Below the pieces are notes generated by a model. That model worked only from the letters and a program-made list of their open reading frames with translations, made no database searches and was not told where the DNA came from. Made by a program: the position numbers and the translations under genes. This document shows positions 30,485 to 39,077 of a stretch of 64,000 bases of DNA, piece by piece. Positions within the stretch are counted from its first letter, which is position 1, and the number at the start of each line of letters is the position of its first letter. This DNA is from Flavobacteriales bacterium (GTDB lineage Bacteria; Bacteroidota; Bacteroidia; Flavobacteriales; TMED113). The stretch lies in assembly GCA_002718895.1 (NCBI GenBank), contig PBGD01000022.1, positions 5,220 to 69,219 of the forward strand, written 5' to 3'.

Positions 30485-30904
30485 TTAAATTTTTTCTACC
30501 CTTCTCAAATGTCTACCACCCTCAAAGGGCTCGTTTATAAATATTTTTATTAACCTTGTGCACTCTTCTAGTGTCAAAAATCTAGCTGGCAAAGAAATTA
30601 TATTGGCATTATTATGTTGTCTTGCTAATTTTGTTATTTCTTCGCTCCAACATATCGCGGACCTAATTCCCTTGTGTTTGTTGGCTGCCATACTCACTCC
30701 ATTTCCACTTCCACATATTAAAATTCCAAAATCTGACCCAGAGAGCACTTCTTTGGAAACTAGGTGTGCATATTCGGGATAATCTACACTCTCTTTTGTG
30801 TATGTTCCAACGTCTAGTATTTTGTGTTTTTCTTTTTCTAAAAAACTAATTATTGCGCTTTTATAATCAACGCCAGCGTGATCTGACCCTATTGTTATTT
30901 GCAT
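30485..30904 (-). CDS. rpiB: Ribose-5-phosphate isomerase B
   Basis: 139 aa with ..IGSDHAG.. and ..ICGSGNGVSMAANK... Confidence 0.9.
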   Translation of the reverse strand: MQITIGSDHAGVDYKSAIISFLEKEKHKILDVGTYTKESVDYPEYAHLVSKEVLSGSDFGILICGSGNGVSMAANKHKGIRSAICWSEEITKLARQHNNANIISLPARFLTLEECTRLIKIFINEPFEGGRHLRRVEKI

Positions 30905-30906
30905 TT

Positions 30907-32406
30907 TTATTGTTTTTCTGGTTTCATTTGTGGAAAAAACAACACATCTTGAATGGAGGTGCTATTTGTTAACAACATTGTTAGCCTATCTATACCTATT
31001 CCTATTCCGGATGTGGGTGGCATTGCATACTCTAAAGATGTTAAAAAAGATTCGTCTATTAACATCGCTTCATCGTCGCCCTTCTCAGCCAGTTTTGCTT
31101 GTTCTTCAAAACTTTTTCTTTGTTCTATTGGGTCATTTTGCTCAGAATATGCGTTTGCTATTTCTTTTCCGTCAACAAAAAGCTCAAACCGCTCTGTAAG
31201 ACCAGGTGTTTTTCTATGGGATTTTGTTAGGGGCGACATCTCTTTTGGGTAATCTGTTATAAATGTGGGTTGTATTAATTTTTTTTCACAATAATGTCCA
31301 AAAATAGAATCTAATAACTTACCCCTACCCATTGTTTTGTTTGTTTCTATATTTTTTGATTTGCAAAAACTAAGTATCTCTTCTTCGTTTTTACACAAAA
31401 AATCAACTCCCGTTTCTTTTTTTATTGCCTCAAAAAATGGGATTTTTTTGTAGGGTCCCTGAAAGTTAATTTCCTTTCCATTAAATATTGTTTTGGTGGT
31501 TTTACAAACGTCTATCAAGATGTTTTTAAACAAGGTCTCAACAAACTCCATCATCCAGTTATAATCTTTGTATGCAACATACAACTCTAGCATAGTGAAC
31601 TCTGGGTTGTGAGTTTTGTCCATTCCTTCGTTTCTAAAATCTTTTGCAAATTCATAAACACCCTCTTCTCCACCAACAATTAGTCTTTTTAAATATAGTT
31701 CGTTTGCTATACGCAGATACAGTGGGATGTCTAATGAGTTGTGGTGGGTAACAAAAGGTCTCGCAGCCGCACCTCCTGCTACTGGTTGGAGAATTGGGGT
31801 TTCTACTTCAAGGAAGTTTTTTTTATTTAGTTGGCTTCTTATAGAGTTGTATATTTTTGTTCTTCTTTTAAAGGTTTGCCAAGACCCTTCATTAACTATA
31901 AGGTCCAACTCTCTTTGTCTATACCTTAACTCTGTGTTTTTGAAAACGTCAAAAGTGTTTCCATCTAGATCTGTTTTTACCACAGGAATGGGTTTGATGG
32001 CTTTAGAAAGGAGTTTTATTTTTTTTGCATTTACACTTATTTCTCCAACTTTTGTTTTGAAGACGCCCCCCTCAACTCCAACGATGTCTCCAATGTCTAA
32101 GTGTTTTTTAAACACTTTGTTATATAGTGTTTTGTCATCATCGGGACAAAGCTCATCTCTGTTTAAATAAATTTGTATTTTTCCACGCATGTCTTTAATT
32201 TCAAAAAAAGATGCTTTTCCCATAATTCTTCTACTCATGATTCTTCCTGCAATTGTTACTTTTTTACCCTCTTCATATTTTTCTTTTATTTCTTGACTGT
32301 TTGAATTTGTTTTATATTCATCCGCTGGATATGGGTTTATGCCTAGAGACCTTAGCTCTTGTAAAGACTGTCTTCTTATTTTTTCTTGTTCTGTGTATTT
32401 TTCCAC
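30907..32406 (-). CDS. lysS: Lysine--tRNA ligase (class II)
   Basis: 499 aa with an OB-fold N-domain and class II motifs, e.g. ..FRNEGMDKTHNPEFTMLE.. and ..GIGIGIDRL... Confidence 0.95.
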   Translation of the reverse strand: MEKYTEQEKIRRQSLQELRSLGINPYPADEYKTNSNSQEIKEKYEEGKKVTIAGRIMSRRIMGKASFFEIKDMRGKIQIYLNRDELCPDDDKTLYNKVFKKHLDIGDIVGVEGGVFKTKVGEISVNAKKIKLLSKAIKPIPVVKTDLDGNTFDVFKNTELRYRQRELDLIVNEGSWQTFKRRTKIYNSIRSQLNKKNFLEVETPILQPVAGGAAARPFVTHHNSLDIPLYLRIANELYLKRLIVGGEEGVYEFAKDFRNEGMDKTHNPEFTMLELYVAYKDYNWMMEFVETLFKNILIDVCKTTKTIFNGKEINFQGPYKKIPFFEAIKKETGVDFLCKNEEEILSFCKSKNIETNKTMGRGKLLDSIFGHYCEKKLIQPTFITDYPKEMSPLTKSHRKTPGLTERFELFVDGKEIANAYSEQNDPIEQRKSFEEQAKLAEKGDDEAMLIDESFLTSLEYAMPPTSGIGIGIDRLTMLLTNSTSIQDVLFFPQMKPEKQ

Positions 32407-32450
32407 TATATAATTTTATTTTATCAAATATAGTTATATTCATATTAGAA

Positions 32451-33134
32451 ATGAATACTGTTTTTTTTAAAAATTTGGGTCTTGTTGATTTTAAAGAGGC
32501 TTGGGCTTTTCAAGAAGATCTTCTTAATTCAATTATAGTTGACAAAAAGAAGGGGGTGAAAACTAAAAATTACCTTATTTTTTGTCAACACCCACACGTA
32601 TACACCATGGGGAAAAGTGGAAATGATAAAAATATTTTGATTGGTTTAGATGAGTTAAATAATAAAAACGCTTCCTTTTACAAAATAAATAGAGGGGGGG
32701 ATGTTACTTACCACGGGCCTGGTCAATTGGTTGTTTATCCTATTTTTGATTTAGATAATTTTTTTACTGACATTCATAAATATATGCGTTTTTTAGAAGA
32801 CGTTGTTATTTTTGTGTTAGAAAAATACTCCATTAAGGGTGTTCGGGTTAAAGATTCAACTGGTGTTTGGGTTGAGGGTAAAAATGGAACAAACAACAAA
32901 ATTTGTGCTATGGGTGTAAGGGCTAGCAGGTGGGTCACAATGCATGGTTTAGCTTTTAATGTAGACGTTGATTTAGGGTATTTTAAAAATATTATTCCCT
33001 GTGGTATTAGTGACAAGGGGGTAACATCGTTGTGTTTGGAACTTGGTGGTGCTGTAAATTTTGAAGAAGTTATTGTTCATTTTAAAAGTGGCTTTAAGAA
33101 GGTTTTTAATATTTCTATAGTTAATTATAAATGA
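32451..33134 (+). CDS. lipB: Lipoyl(octanoyl) transferase
   Basis: Start placed at MNTVFFKNLGLVDF (ATG 32451); the longer ORF from 32253 would overlap lysS. Motifs ..RGGDVTYHGPGQLV.. and ..KICAMGV... Confidence 0.9.
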   Translation: MNTVFFKNLGLVDFKEAWAFQEDLLNSIIVDKKKGVKTKNYLIFCQHPHVYTMGKSGNDKNILIGLDELNNKNASFYKINRGGDVTYHGPGQLVVYPIFDLDNFFTDIHKYMRFLEDVVIFVLEKYSIKGVRVKDSTGVWVEGKNGTNNKICAMGVRASRWVTMHGLAFNVDVDLGYFKNIIPCGISDKGVTSLCLELGGAVNFEEVIVHFKSGFKKVFNISIVNYK

Positions 33135-34303
33135 AAAAATATATTTTACTTGTTTTTTTTGTTTTGCTTTTTTTGCTATCGGATGTTTCTTATTTAATTC
33201 ATGGTGTTCGTTGCACCTACCTTCGAGGAGAGTCTTCTGCTCAAATTGATGATTATAAATTTTTTCACACAAGGCCGGTTTCTTCTGACAATACTTATTT
33301 TTTGCCTGTTGGAAAAAACTTCTCAGATAATGTTAAAAACAGCAAACTAGATTCTTTGTTGGTAGCTTCAAAGAGTGTTGCTTTTCTTGTTTTCCAAAAA
33401 GACAGTCTTCGTGTTGAAAGTTATTGGCAGAACACAAACAAAAACAGCAAAACAAACTCTTTTTCTATGGCAAAGAGTATTGTTTCTGTTTTAATTGGAA
33501 GTGCAATTAAGGAGGGTTATATTAAAAGTGTTGATCAAAGCATTTTTGATTTTGTTCCAGAAATGAAAAAAAGATCCTTTTTAGGTCACGATGTTAAAAT
33601 TAAACATCTTATTAACATGTCGTCTGGATATGATTGGTTAGAAAATTATAAAAGACCTATTAGTGTAACCGCAAAAGCTTATTATGGTAAAAATATTCGT
33701 CATTTAATTTTAAACAAAAAATTTGTCGAAGAGCCGGGAAAAATACACAGATATAGCAGTGGAAGTACTCAGCTTTTGGGAATTGTTCTAGAAAGAGCTG
33801 TTAAAGAAAGTGTTTCTGATTTTACAGGCAGGGTTCTTTGGTCTAAAATTGGTGCAAATGAAAGCGCTCTTTGGTCTCTTGATCGTGAGGGGGGTATGGA
33901 AAAAGTTTTTTGTTGTTTTAATAGTAGCGCCAGAGATTTTTTAAAATTCGGTGTTTTAATGTTGGATGGTGGTTTTTCTAGGGTCACTAAAGAAGATGTT
34001 GTTTCTAAAGAATATTTTAATTGGCTTCTCTCTGTTCCTAAGCTTATTGATGGTAAAAAAAACACAGACTCTTATGTTGATTACTATTCTAACGGCTGGT
34101 GGGTTGCTGATGTTTTAGATCGAAATATTTTTTATGCTCGTGGTTTTTTGGGTCAGTGGATAGTGGTTATTCCTTCTTTAGATTTAGTTTTTGTTAGACT
34201 TGGTAAAAAAGACAATCAGGAAACTGAGTTAAAAAATAGTTATATGTTAACAGATAATTTATTATTTACTATAAAATCTGTTATTGAAGATTTCTCATTG
34301 TGA
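33131..34303 (+). CDS. Serine hydrolase, beta-lactamase/transpeptidase-like fold
   Basis: N-terminal signal or anchor, SxxK motif (SMAK in ..NSFSMAKSIVS..) and ..YSSGSTQLLG... Its start overlaps the lipB stop (ATGA). Confidence 0.7.
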   Translation: MKKYILLVFFVLLFLLSDVSYLIHGVRCTYLRGESSAQIDDYKFFHTRPVSSDNTYFLPVGKNFSDNVKNSKLDSLLVASKSVAFLVFQKDSLRVESYWQNTNKNSKTNSFSMAKSIVSVLIGSAIKEGYIKSVDQSIFDFVPEMKKRSFLGHDVKIKHLINMSSGYDWLENYKRPISVTAKAYYGKNIRHLILNKKFVEEPGKIHRYSSGSTQLLGIVLERAVKESVSDFTGRVLWSKIGANESALWSLDREGGMEKVFCCFNSSARDFLKFGVLMLDGGFSRVTKEDVVSKEYFNWLLSVPKLIDGKKNTDSYVDYYSNGWWVADVLDRNIFYARGFLGQWIVVIPSLDLVFVRLGKKDNQETELKNSYMLTDNLLFTIKSVIEDFSL

Positions 34304-35844
34304 AAAGAAAAAAGTTACTAAACATTAATAATCTTTCAGTTTTTTTAAAAAATTCTACACTAATTAAAAGTGCTTCTTTTGAGCTTTTTAGAGGAGATTC
34401 TGTTGGTTTGCTGGGTGACTCTGGTGTGGGTAAATCTGTTTTTTCTCTCTTTTTATTGGGTTTGTTAAATCCCTCTGTTTTTTCAATAAGTGCAAATAAT
34501 GCTTCATTTTTTCTTGATGATTTTTCTTTTGATTTTTTAACAAAAAGAAAAAAAACATGGGATTTTTTTAGAGCAAACTACATTTCTTTAATATTTCAAG
34601 ACCCTTCTAGTTCTCTAAACCCAACAATTTGCTGCGGACAACAAGTTTTAGAAGTTTTTCACAAAACAAAAAACCCACCTAAAAATAAAAAAAATGCTGT
34701 TATTGATTTGTTTAAAGAGGTAGGTTTTAATGATTGTAAAAAAGTGTTTTTTTCTTATCCTCATGAGTTGTCTGGAGGGCAAAAACAAAGGGTGGTTATT
34801 GCAATTGCTTTAGCATCTAACCCTTCTTTAATTATTGCTGACGAACCTACAACATCTTTAGATCCTTATGCTCAGAAAAAAATTCTTGATCTTCTTTTAA
34901 GAATAAAAAAAACCCGCTCCATTGGTGTTATTTTAATAAGTCATAATATTGAGTTGGTAAAGTATTTTTGCGACTATATTTATGTTTTTTCTGATTATTC
35001 TTTTTTTAAAAAAGAATCTGATATTTATAAAAATTATTTTTTTAATAGGTCTGTTTTTTTTAAAAAAATTTTAAATAAAAATTATATTCCACTTAGTCAT
35101 TACAAAAATATTACTACTAATAAAAAGAATACAGTTAAAGAAATTTGTTTTTCATTTAAAAATTTAAAATTTACTTATTTAAAAAAAAATATTTCTTTTT
35201 TAGCTCTTAATAATATTTCTTTTTTATTTAATACTTATGATATTTTAGGTGTTGTTGGTGGTTCTGGTTCGGGCAAAACAACTCTTGGTAGAATTGTTTC
35301 AGGTATAGAAAAAAATTTCGTTTGTGATTCTTTTTTTTCTTTATATAATATAAATACTTCATCCCACATGGTTTATCAAGATGCTTTTTCTAGTTTTAAT
35401 CCTAAGTTTACAGTTGGTGAAAGTGTGCTAGAAATTTGTAAACTTTATAAATCTAATTTTTCTGTTTCTTTTTTATTTAAACTTGTTGAATTAAATGATA
35501 GTTTTATAAAAAAATATCCTCATGAGCTTTCTGGTGGAGAAAAACAAAGAATTTCTATTGCTCGTGTTTTAGCATCTAATCCTAAAATTATTGTTTTTGA
35601 CGAATCTCTTTCTGCATTAGATACAGAAAATCAGTACTCTATTTTAAATCTTATCAGAGCTTTAAATAAAAAACTAAATATTACCATTGTTTTTATTTCT
35701 CATGATATTTTTTCTGTTTCTTTTTTATGTAATAAAATTATTGTTTTGGATAATGGAAAAATTGTAGATAATTTTAAAAAAGAAGATATTTTTAATAAAA
35801 ATAGATCATCATTTACTAAAAAATTAATTTCTGACTCTTTTTAA
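34300..35844 (+). CDS. Fused double ABC ATPase of the oligopeptide/dipeptide (DppD/F, YejF/GsiA-like) type, with no permease partner nearby
   Basis: Two ATPase modules: Walker A GDSGVGKS and GGSGSGKT, signatures LSGGQKQR and LSGGEKQR, Walker B IIADEP and IVFDES. QDPSSSLNP is typical of the Opp/Dpp ATPase clade. The GTG start overlaps the upstream stop (GTGA). Confidence 0.8.
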   Translation: MKRKKLLNINNLSVFLKNSTLIKSASFELFRGDSVGLLGDSGVGKSVFSLFLLGLLNPSVFSISANNASFFLDDFSFDFLTKRKKTWDFFRANYISLIFQDPSSSLNPTICCGQQVLEVFHKTKNPPKNKKNAVIDLFKEVGFNDCKKVFFSYPHELSGGQKQRVVIAIALASNPSLIIADEPTTSLDPYAQKKILDLLLRIKKTRSIGVILISHNIELVKYFCDYIYVFSDYSFFKKESDIYKNYFFNRSVFFKKILNKNYIPLSHYKNITTNKKNTVKEICFSFKNLKFTYLKKNISFLALNNISFLFNTYDILGVVGGSGSGKTTLGRIVSGIEKNFVCDSFFSLYNINTSSHMVYQDAFSSFNPKFTVGESVLEICKLYKSNFSVSFLFKLVELNDSFIKKYPHELSGGEKQRISIARVLASNPKIIVFDESLSALDTENQYSILNLIRALNKKLNITIVFISHDIFSVSFLCNKIIVLDNGKIVDNFKKEDIFNKNRSSFTKKLISDSF

Positions 35845-35846
35845 TT

Positions 35847-37016
35847 ATGATAAAATTTTATTTTTTATGTTTTTTTTGGATTCTTTTTTTTGGTTGTAAA
35901 AATATAATACCTTCAGATAAGGAAAATAATATTATTTCTAATAATTCAAATAATATTACTGTTTTAGAAAAAACAAAAAAACCATATATTTTAAATAAAA
36001 AAATTAATATTCCTAAAAATCATACTTTAATAATAAAAAATGGAGTAAAAATTATTTTAAAAAATAATGGTTGTTTTATAAATAGTGGAAATTTAGAAAT
36101 TGGAAATAATAATTATTCTGATAGTTCTTTTTTACATGATTTTAACTCAGAAAGGTTAGATACTATCTTTTATCATAATATTGAAGTTTATTCAAAAAAA
36201 AAATCTGTTTTTTTATATAATAAAAATCCTAATAATTTAATTATTAAAAATGTTTTATTTAAAAACATCATAATAAATTCCATTAATTCTAATTTTTCTT
36301 TTTTAAATTCTTCTTTTTTAAATTCAGATATAATTAATAATAATTCTATTATAAAAATTAATAATTCTTTTTTTTATAATACTATAATAAAAAATAAAAA
36401 TGTTAATTTTTTGTTTAATGAAAGTATATTTAGTGGTTTAAAAAATAATATTATAAATGATTCTGTTTATAAATCAACTATTAATAATTGTTTGTTTACA
36501 GATTTAAGAGATAATTTAATTTTTGATAAATGCTTTGATAATAATATTATAAATAGTGTATTTATAAATAATTCCAATTCTATTATTATAGAAAAAGGTA
36601 ATAGGGGTTATTTAAAATTACATAATAATTTATTTATTAATAATAAAGTTGTTTTAAGTATTAAAGATAGTTGTCAATTTTATTTATTTAATAATTCATT
36701 TATAAAAAATAAAAATGTATTAAGTAGTAATTTAAATAAATTAACCTACAAAAAAATTATATCTAAAAACAATATATTTTATAATAATAATTTAAACTTT
36801 AAATTAAAAAATATATTAATTTCTAATTCTTATTGTATTTCAAATACCGATAGTTTAAAAGGTTATTATAATATAAGTTCATCACCTTTATTTGTCAATG
36901 AAATTGAATATAACTACAATTTATCAAAAAATTCTCCCGGATTTAGATCTGGAATTAACAATATAGATATTGGTGTAAATATCAACAATATTAATATTAT
37001 TAAATATTTAAATTAA
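35847..37016 (+). CDS. Asn-rich lipoprotein with right-handed parallel beta-helix-like repeats
   Basis: Lipobox ..ILFFGCKN... Periodic N..I..N.F.NN repeats and C-terminal ..SKNSPGFRSG.. resemble beta-helix repeat proteins. 85 Asn in 389 aa by hand count, so low-complexity composition limits certainty. Confidence 0.55.
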   Translation: MIKFYFLCFFWILFFGCKNIIPSDKENNIISNNSNNITVLEKTKKPYILNKKINIPKNHTLIIKNGVKIILKNNGCFINSGNLEIGNNNYSDSSFLHDFNSERLDTIFYHNIEVYSKKKSVFLYNKNPNNLIIKNVLFKNIIINSINSNFSFLNSSFLNSDIINNNSIIKINNSFFYNTIIKNKNVNFLFNESIFSGLKNNIINDSVYKSTINNCLFTDLRDNLIFDKCFDNNIINSVFINNSNSIIIEKGNRGYLKLHNNLFINNKVVLSIKDSCQFYLFNNSFIKNKNVLSSNLNKLTYKKIISKNNIFYNNNLNFKLKNILISNSYCISNTDSLKGYYNISSSPLFVNEIEYNYNLSKNSPGFRSGINNIDIGVNINNINIIKYLN

Positions 37017-37164
37017 AATATAATAGTATTAATAAGTATTGTTAAAATGTAAAAAATAAAATTATATCATATTTTGTTATATAAATTATTAATAATTATA
37101 AACAATTATTTAAAAAGTAATTAAATCAAAAAAACATAATAAAAAAAGGTTTTGTTAATTTTAT

Positions 37165-37212
37165 AAAAAACAGAAAATGTTAAAAAAAAAAAAACAGAAA
37201 ATGTTAAAAAAA
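37165..37212. repeat. Perfect 24-bp tandem duplication (aaaaaacagaaaatgttaaaaaaa x2) including an A13 run
   Basis: Read directly: 37165-37188 and 37189-37212 are identical 24-mers. The A13 run spans 37182-37194. Confidence 0.95.
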
Positions 37213-37271
37213 ACATAAAATAAAGTTGATAAAAAATAATAAAAAAGAAAAAAACAAAGAGAAAAAAACAA

Positions 37272-37299
37272 TTAACAAAATATTAACATTATTTGTTAA
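37272..37299. repeat. 8-bp perfect inverted repeat (TTAACAAA / TTTGTTAA, 12-nt spacer) spanning the uvrC stop codon
   Basis: Read directly at 37272-37279 and 37292-37299. The stem is A/U-only, so a terminator role is doubtful. Confidence 0.6.
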
Positions 37300-38878
37300 A
37301 AAACATATAAATAAGAGAACCCCTTTTTTTTCCTAAAAAACTTTCTATCTCAGCTTTTTCTAAATTTTTTATATTATTTAAACTTTTATACTTATTTATA
37401 AGTTTTAAATAAGTTTTTTTACCCACACCTTTTATATTAAATAACTCTGAAGAAAGAGATTTTTTTGTTCGTAAAAGACGATGATTTTTTAAACAAAATC
37501 TATGAGCTTCATCTCTTATTTTTTGTATAAATTTTAAAGAATTAGACCTTTTACTTAAAGTAAAACTTTTATAATAATTAAAAATAATTTCTTTTCTTTT
37601 TGCTATACTAATAACGTCTATATTTTTTTTATATATTTTTGATATAATTTTTTTAGCAGAATTTAATTGACCTTTCCCCCCATCTATTATAATTAAATCA
37701 GGAAAAATAAAATTATCAAAATATCTTAATTTTAAACTCTCTTCTATAGAAAAATAATCGTCTATAAAATTAATTTTTTTCAAATTAAAAAATTTATATT
37801 CTTTCTTTACAGGTTTACCATTTTTAAAAACAACACATGATGAAACAGTATTAGTTCCCTGTAGGTTAGATATATCAAAACATTCTATATGAAAAGGAAA
37901 ATTATTTAAATTTAAATCTGTTTGTAAGTTTTTTAAAAGATCATAATTATTATAATTAAATCTCTTTATATAATTAGATATATTATTTTGACAAATTTTT
38001 AATATATCTTTTTTATAACCTTTTTTTGGAACAACTATTTTTTTATCCAAAATAGAGTCTATACTTATATTGCTAATAATAGATTTAGACAAGTATCCAT
38101 AATCAATAAAAGTTTTATTTATATATCTCTTTAAAAAATGTTTTTTGCTAAAAAGATTATTGTTTTTAATTTTAGTGTTTTTCAAAAAAACAACACCACC
38201 TTCGGCAACTCTTAAAAAATTTATATATATAAAAGAACCATATGAAGTAATATAGAAAGCATCTAAATTAACTTTTTTATTTACAACAATAATAGACTTG
38301 TTTTTGATAGATTTTAAAGATAATATTTGATTTTTAACCACTTCGGCTTTTTCAAAAAGAAGATGAGAAGAATAATATTTTAATTTTTTTTCTAATTTGT
38401 TTAAAACAAAACTAAAATCACCTTTTAAAATTTTTTTTATTAAATCAATATTATAATTATATTCTTCTTCACTTTGTAAGTTTTCACAGGGTCCACCGCA
38501 CCTATTTAAATGATAATCTAGACAAACACTATATTTTTTATTTTCAACATTCTTTTCAGAAAGCAAAAAATTACAAGATCTTATGGGAAAAAGTTTAGAT
38601 ATTAATTTATATAAAGTATTTAAATTTTTTGTAGAAACATACGGACCAAAATAAAAATCATTTTCATTTCTTTTCTTTCTTGTAATAAAAACCCTTGGAA
38701 ATCTTTCATTTTTAATACAAATCCATGGAAAACTCTTATCATCTTTAAGTAAAATATTATATTTTGGTTTATGAGTTTTTATTAAATTATTTTCTAAAAA
38801 CAAAGCGTCTTTTTCGGAACCAACCAAAAAGTATTCAACAAAAAAACAATTCTTAATAAGAAGTTTATCTTTTAACAC
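37289..38878 (-). CDS. uvrC: Excinuclease ABC subunit C (main ORF from an in-frame GTG; the true N-terminus lies further upstream, see next feature)
   Basis: 529 aa with ..LENNLIKTHKPKYNILLKDDKSFPWI.., ..FGPY.., ..LFPIRSC.. and the Cys-rich ..CLDYHLNRCGGPC... It also has a C-terminal endonuclease region ..FDISN.. / ..IIIDGGKGQL.. and an HhH tail ..IKGVGKKT... Confidence 0.9.
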   Translation of the reverse strand: MLKDKLLIKNCFFVEYFLVGSEKDALFLENNLIKTHKPKYNILLKDDKSFPWICIKNERFPRVFITRKKRNENDFYFGPYVSTKNLNTLYKLISKLFPIRSCNFLLSEKNVENKKYSVCLDYHLNRCGGPCENLQSEEEYNYNIDLIKKILKGDFSFVLNKLEKKLKYYSSHLLFEKAEVVKNQILSLKSIKNKSIIVVNKKVNLDAFYITSYGSFIYINFLRVAEGGVVFLKNTKIKNNNLFSKKHFLKRYINKTFIDYGYLSKSIISNISIDSILDKKIVVPKKGYKKDILKICQNNISNYIKRFNYNNYDLLKNLQTDLNLNNFPFHIECFDISNLQGTNTVSSCVVFKNGKPVKKEYKFFNLKKINFIDDYFSIEESLKLRYFDNFIFPDLIIIDGGKGQLNSAKKIISKIYKKNIDVISIAKRKEIIFNYYKSFTLSKRSNSLKFIQKIRDEAHRFCLKNHRLLRTKKSLSSELFNIKGVGKKTYLKLINKYKSLNNIKNLEKAEIESFLGKKRGSLIYMFFNK

Positions 38879-39030
38879 TGTTGATTTTAAATAAGAGTTG
38901 ATACGCCCCCTAATATTAACAGACTTTCCAACATAGATAACCTCTTTTTTTTTGTTTAAAAAAATATAAACCCCTGTTTTTTTAGGAAGGCGACTTATCT
39001 TGTTTGTTAAAAAAAAAAAGGACTATTCAT
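38879..39030 (-). other. uvrC: uvrC 5' extension encoding the GIY-YIG core, separated from its only ATG by a frameshift in an 11-nt homopolymer
   Basis: In frame with the main ORF, 38879-39022 translates to SFFFLTNKISRLPKKTGVYIFLNKKKEVIYVGKSVNIRGRINSYLKST (GVY..YVGK = GIY-YIG). It has no ATG/GTG/TTG and is preceded by TAG. The ATG at 39030-39028 is in another frame and runs into TAA after the T11 tract (A11 on the + strand, 39009-39019). One extra T would fuse MNSPFFF to LTNKISRLP.... Confidence 0.8.
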
Positions 39031-39077
39031 GACAATTAAAAAATAATAATTTTATATAAATTTATAATAAAACAAAT

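Noticed and set aside
34300-37016. The ABC ATPase plus beta-helix protein read as a NosF/NosD-type (nitrous-oxide reductase maturation) pair.
   Set aside because: The ATPase is a fused double Opp/Dpp-type protein rather than single-domain NosF. No nosY, nosZ or nosL is present, and the beta-helix protein is too compositionally biased to assign.
37037-37048. dif-like XerD-arm resemblance (tattgttaaaat; also atttgttaaaa at 37291-37301).
   Set aside because: Only partial matches to TTATGTTAAAT, and no convincing 11-6-11 architecture with a matching XerC arm. Such matches are expected by chance at this composition. Kept only as a pointer inside the spacer finding.
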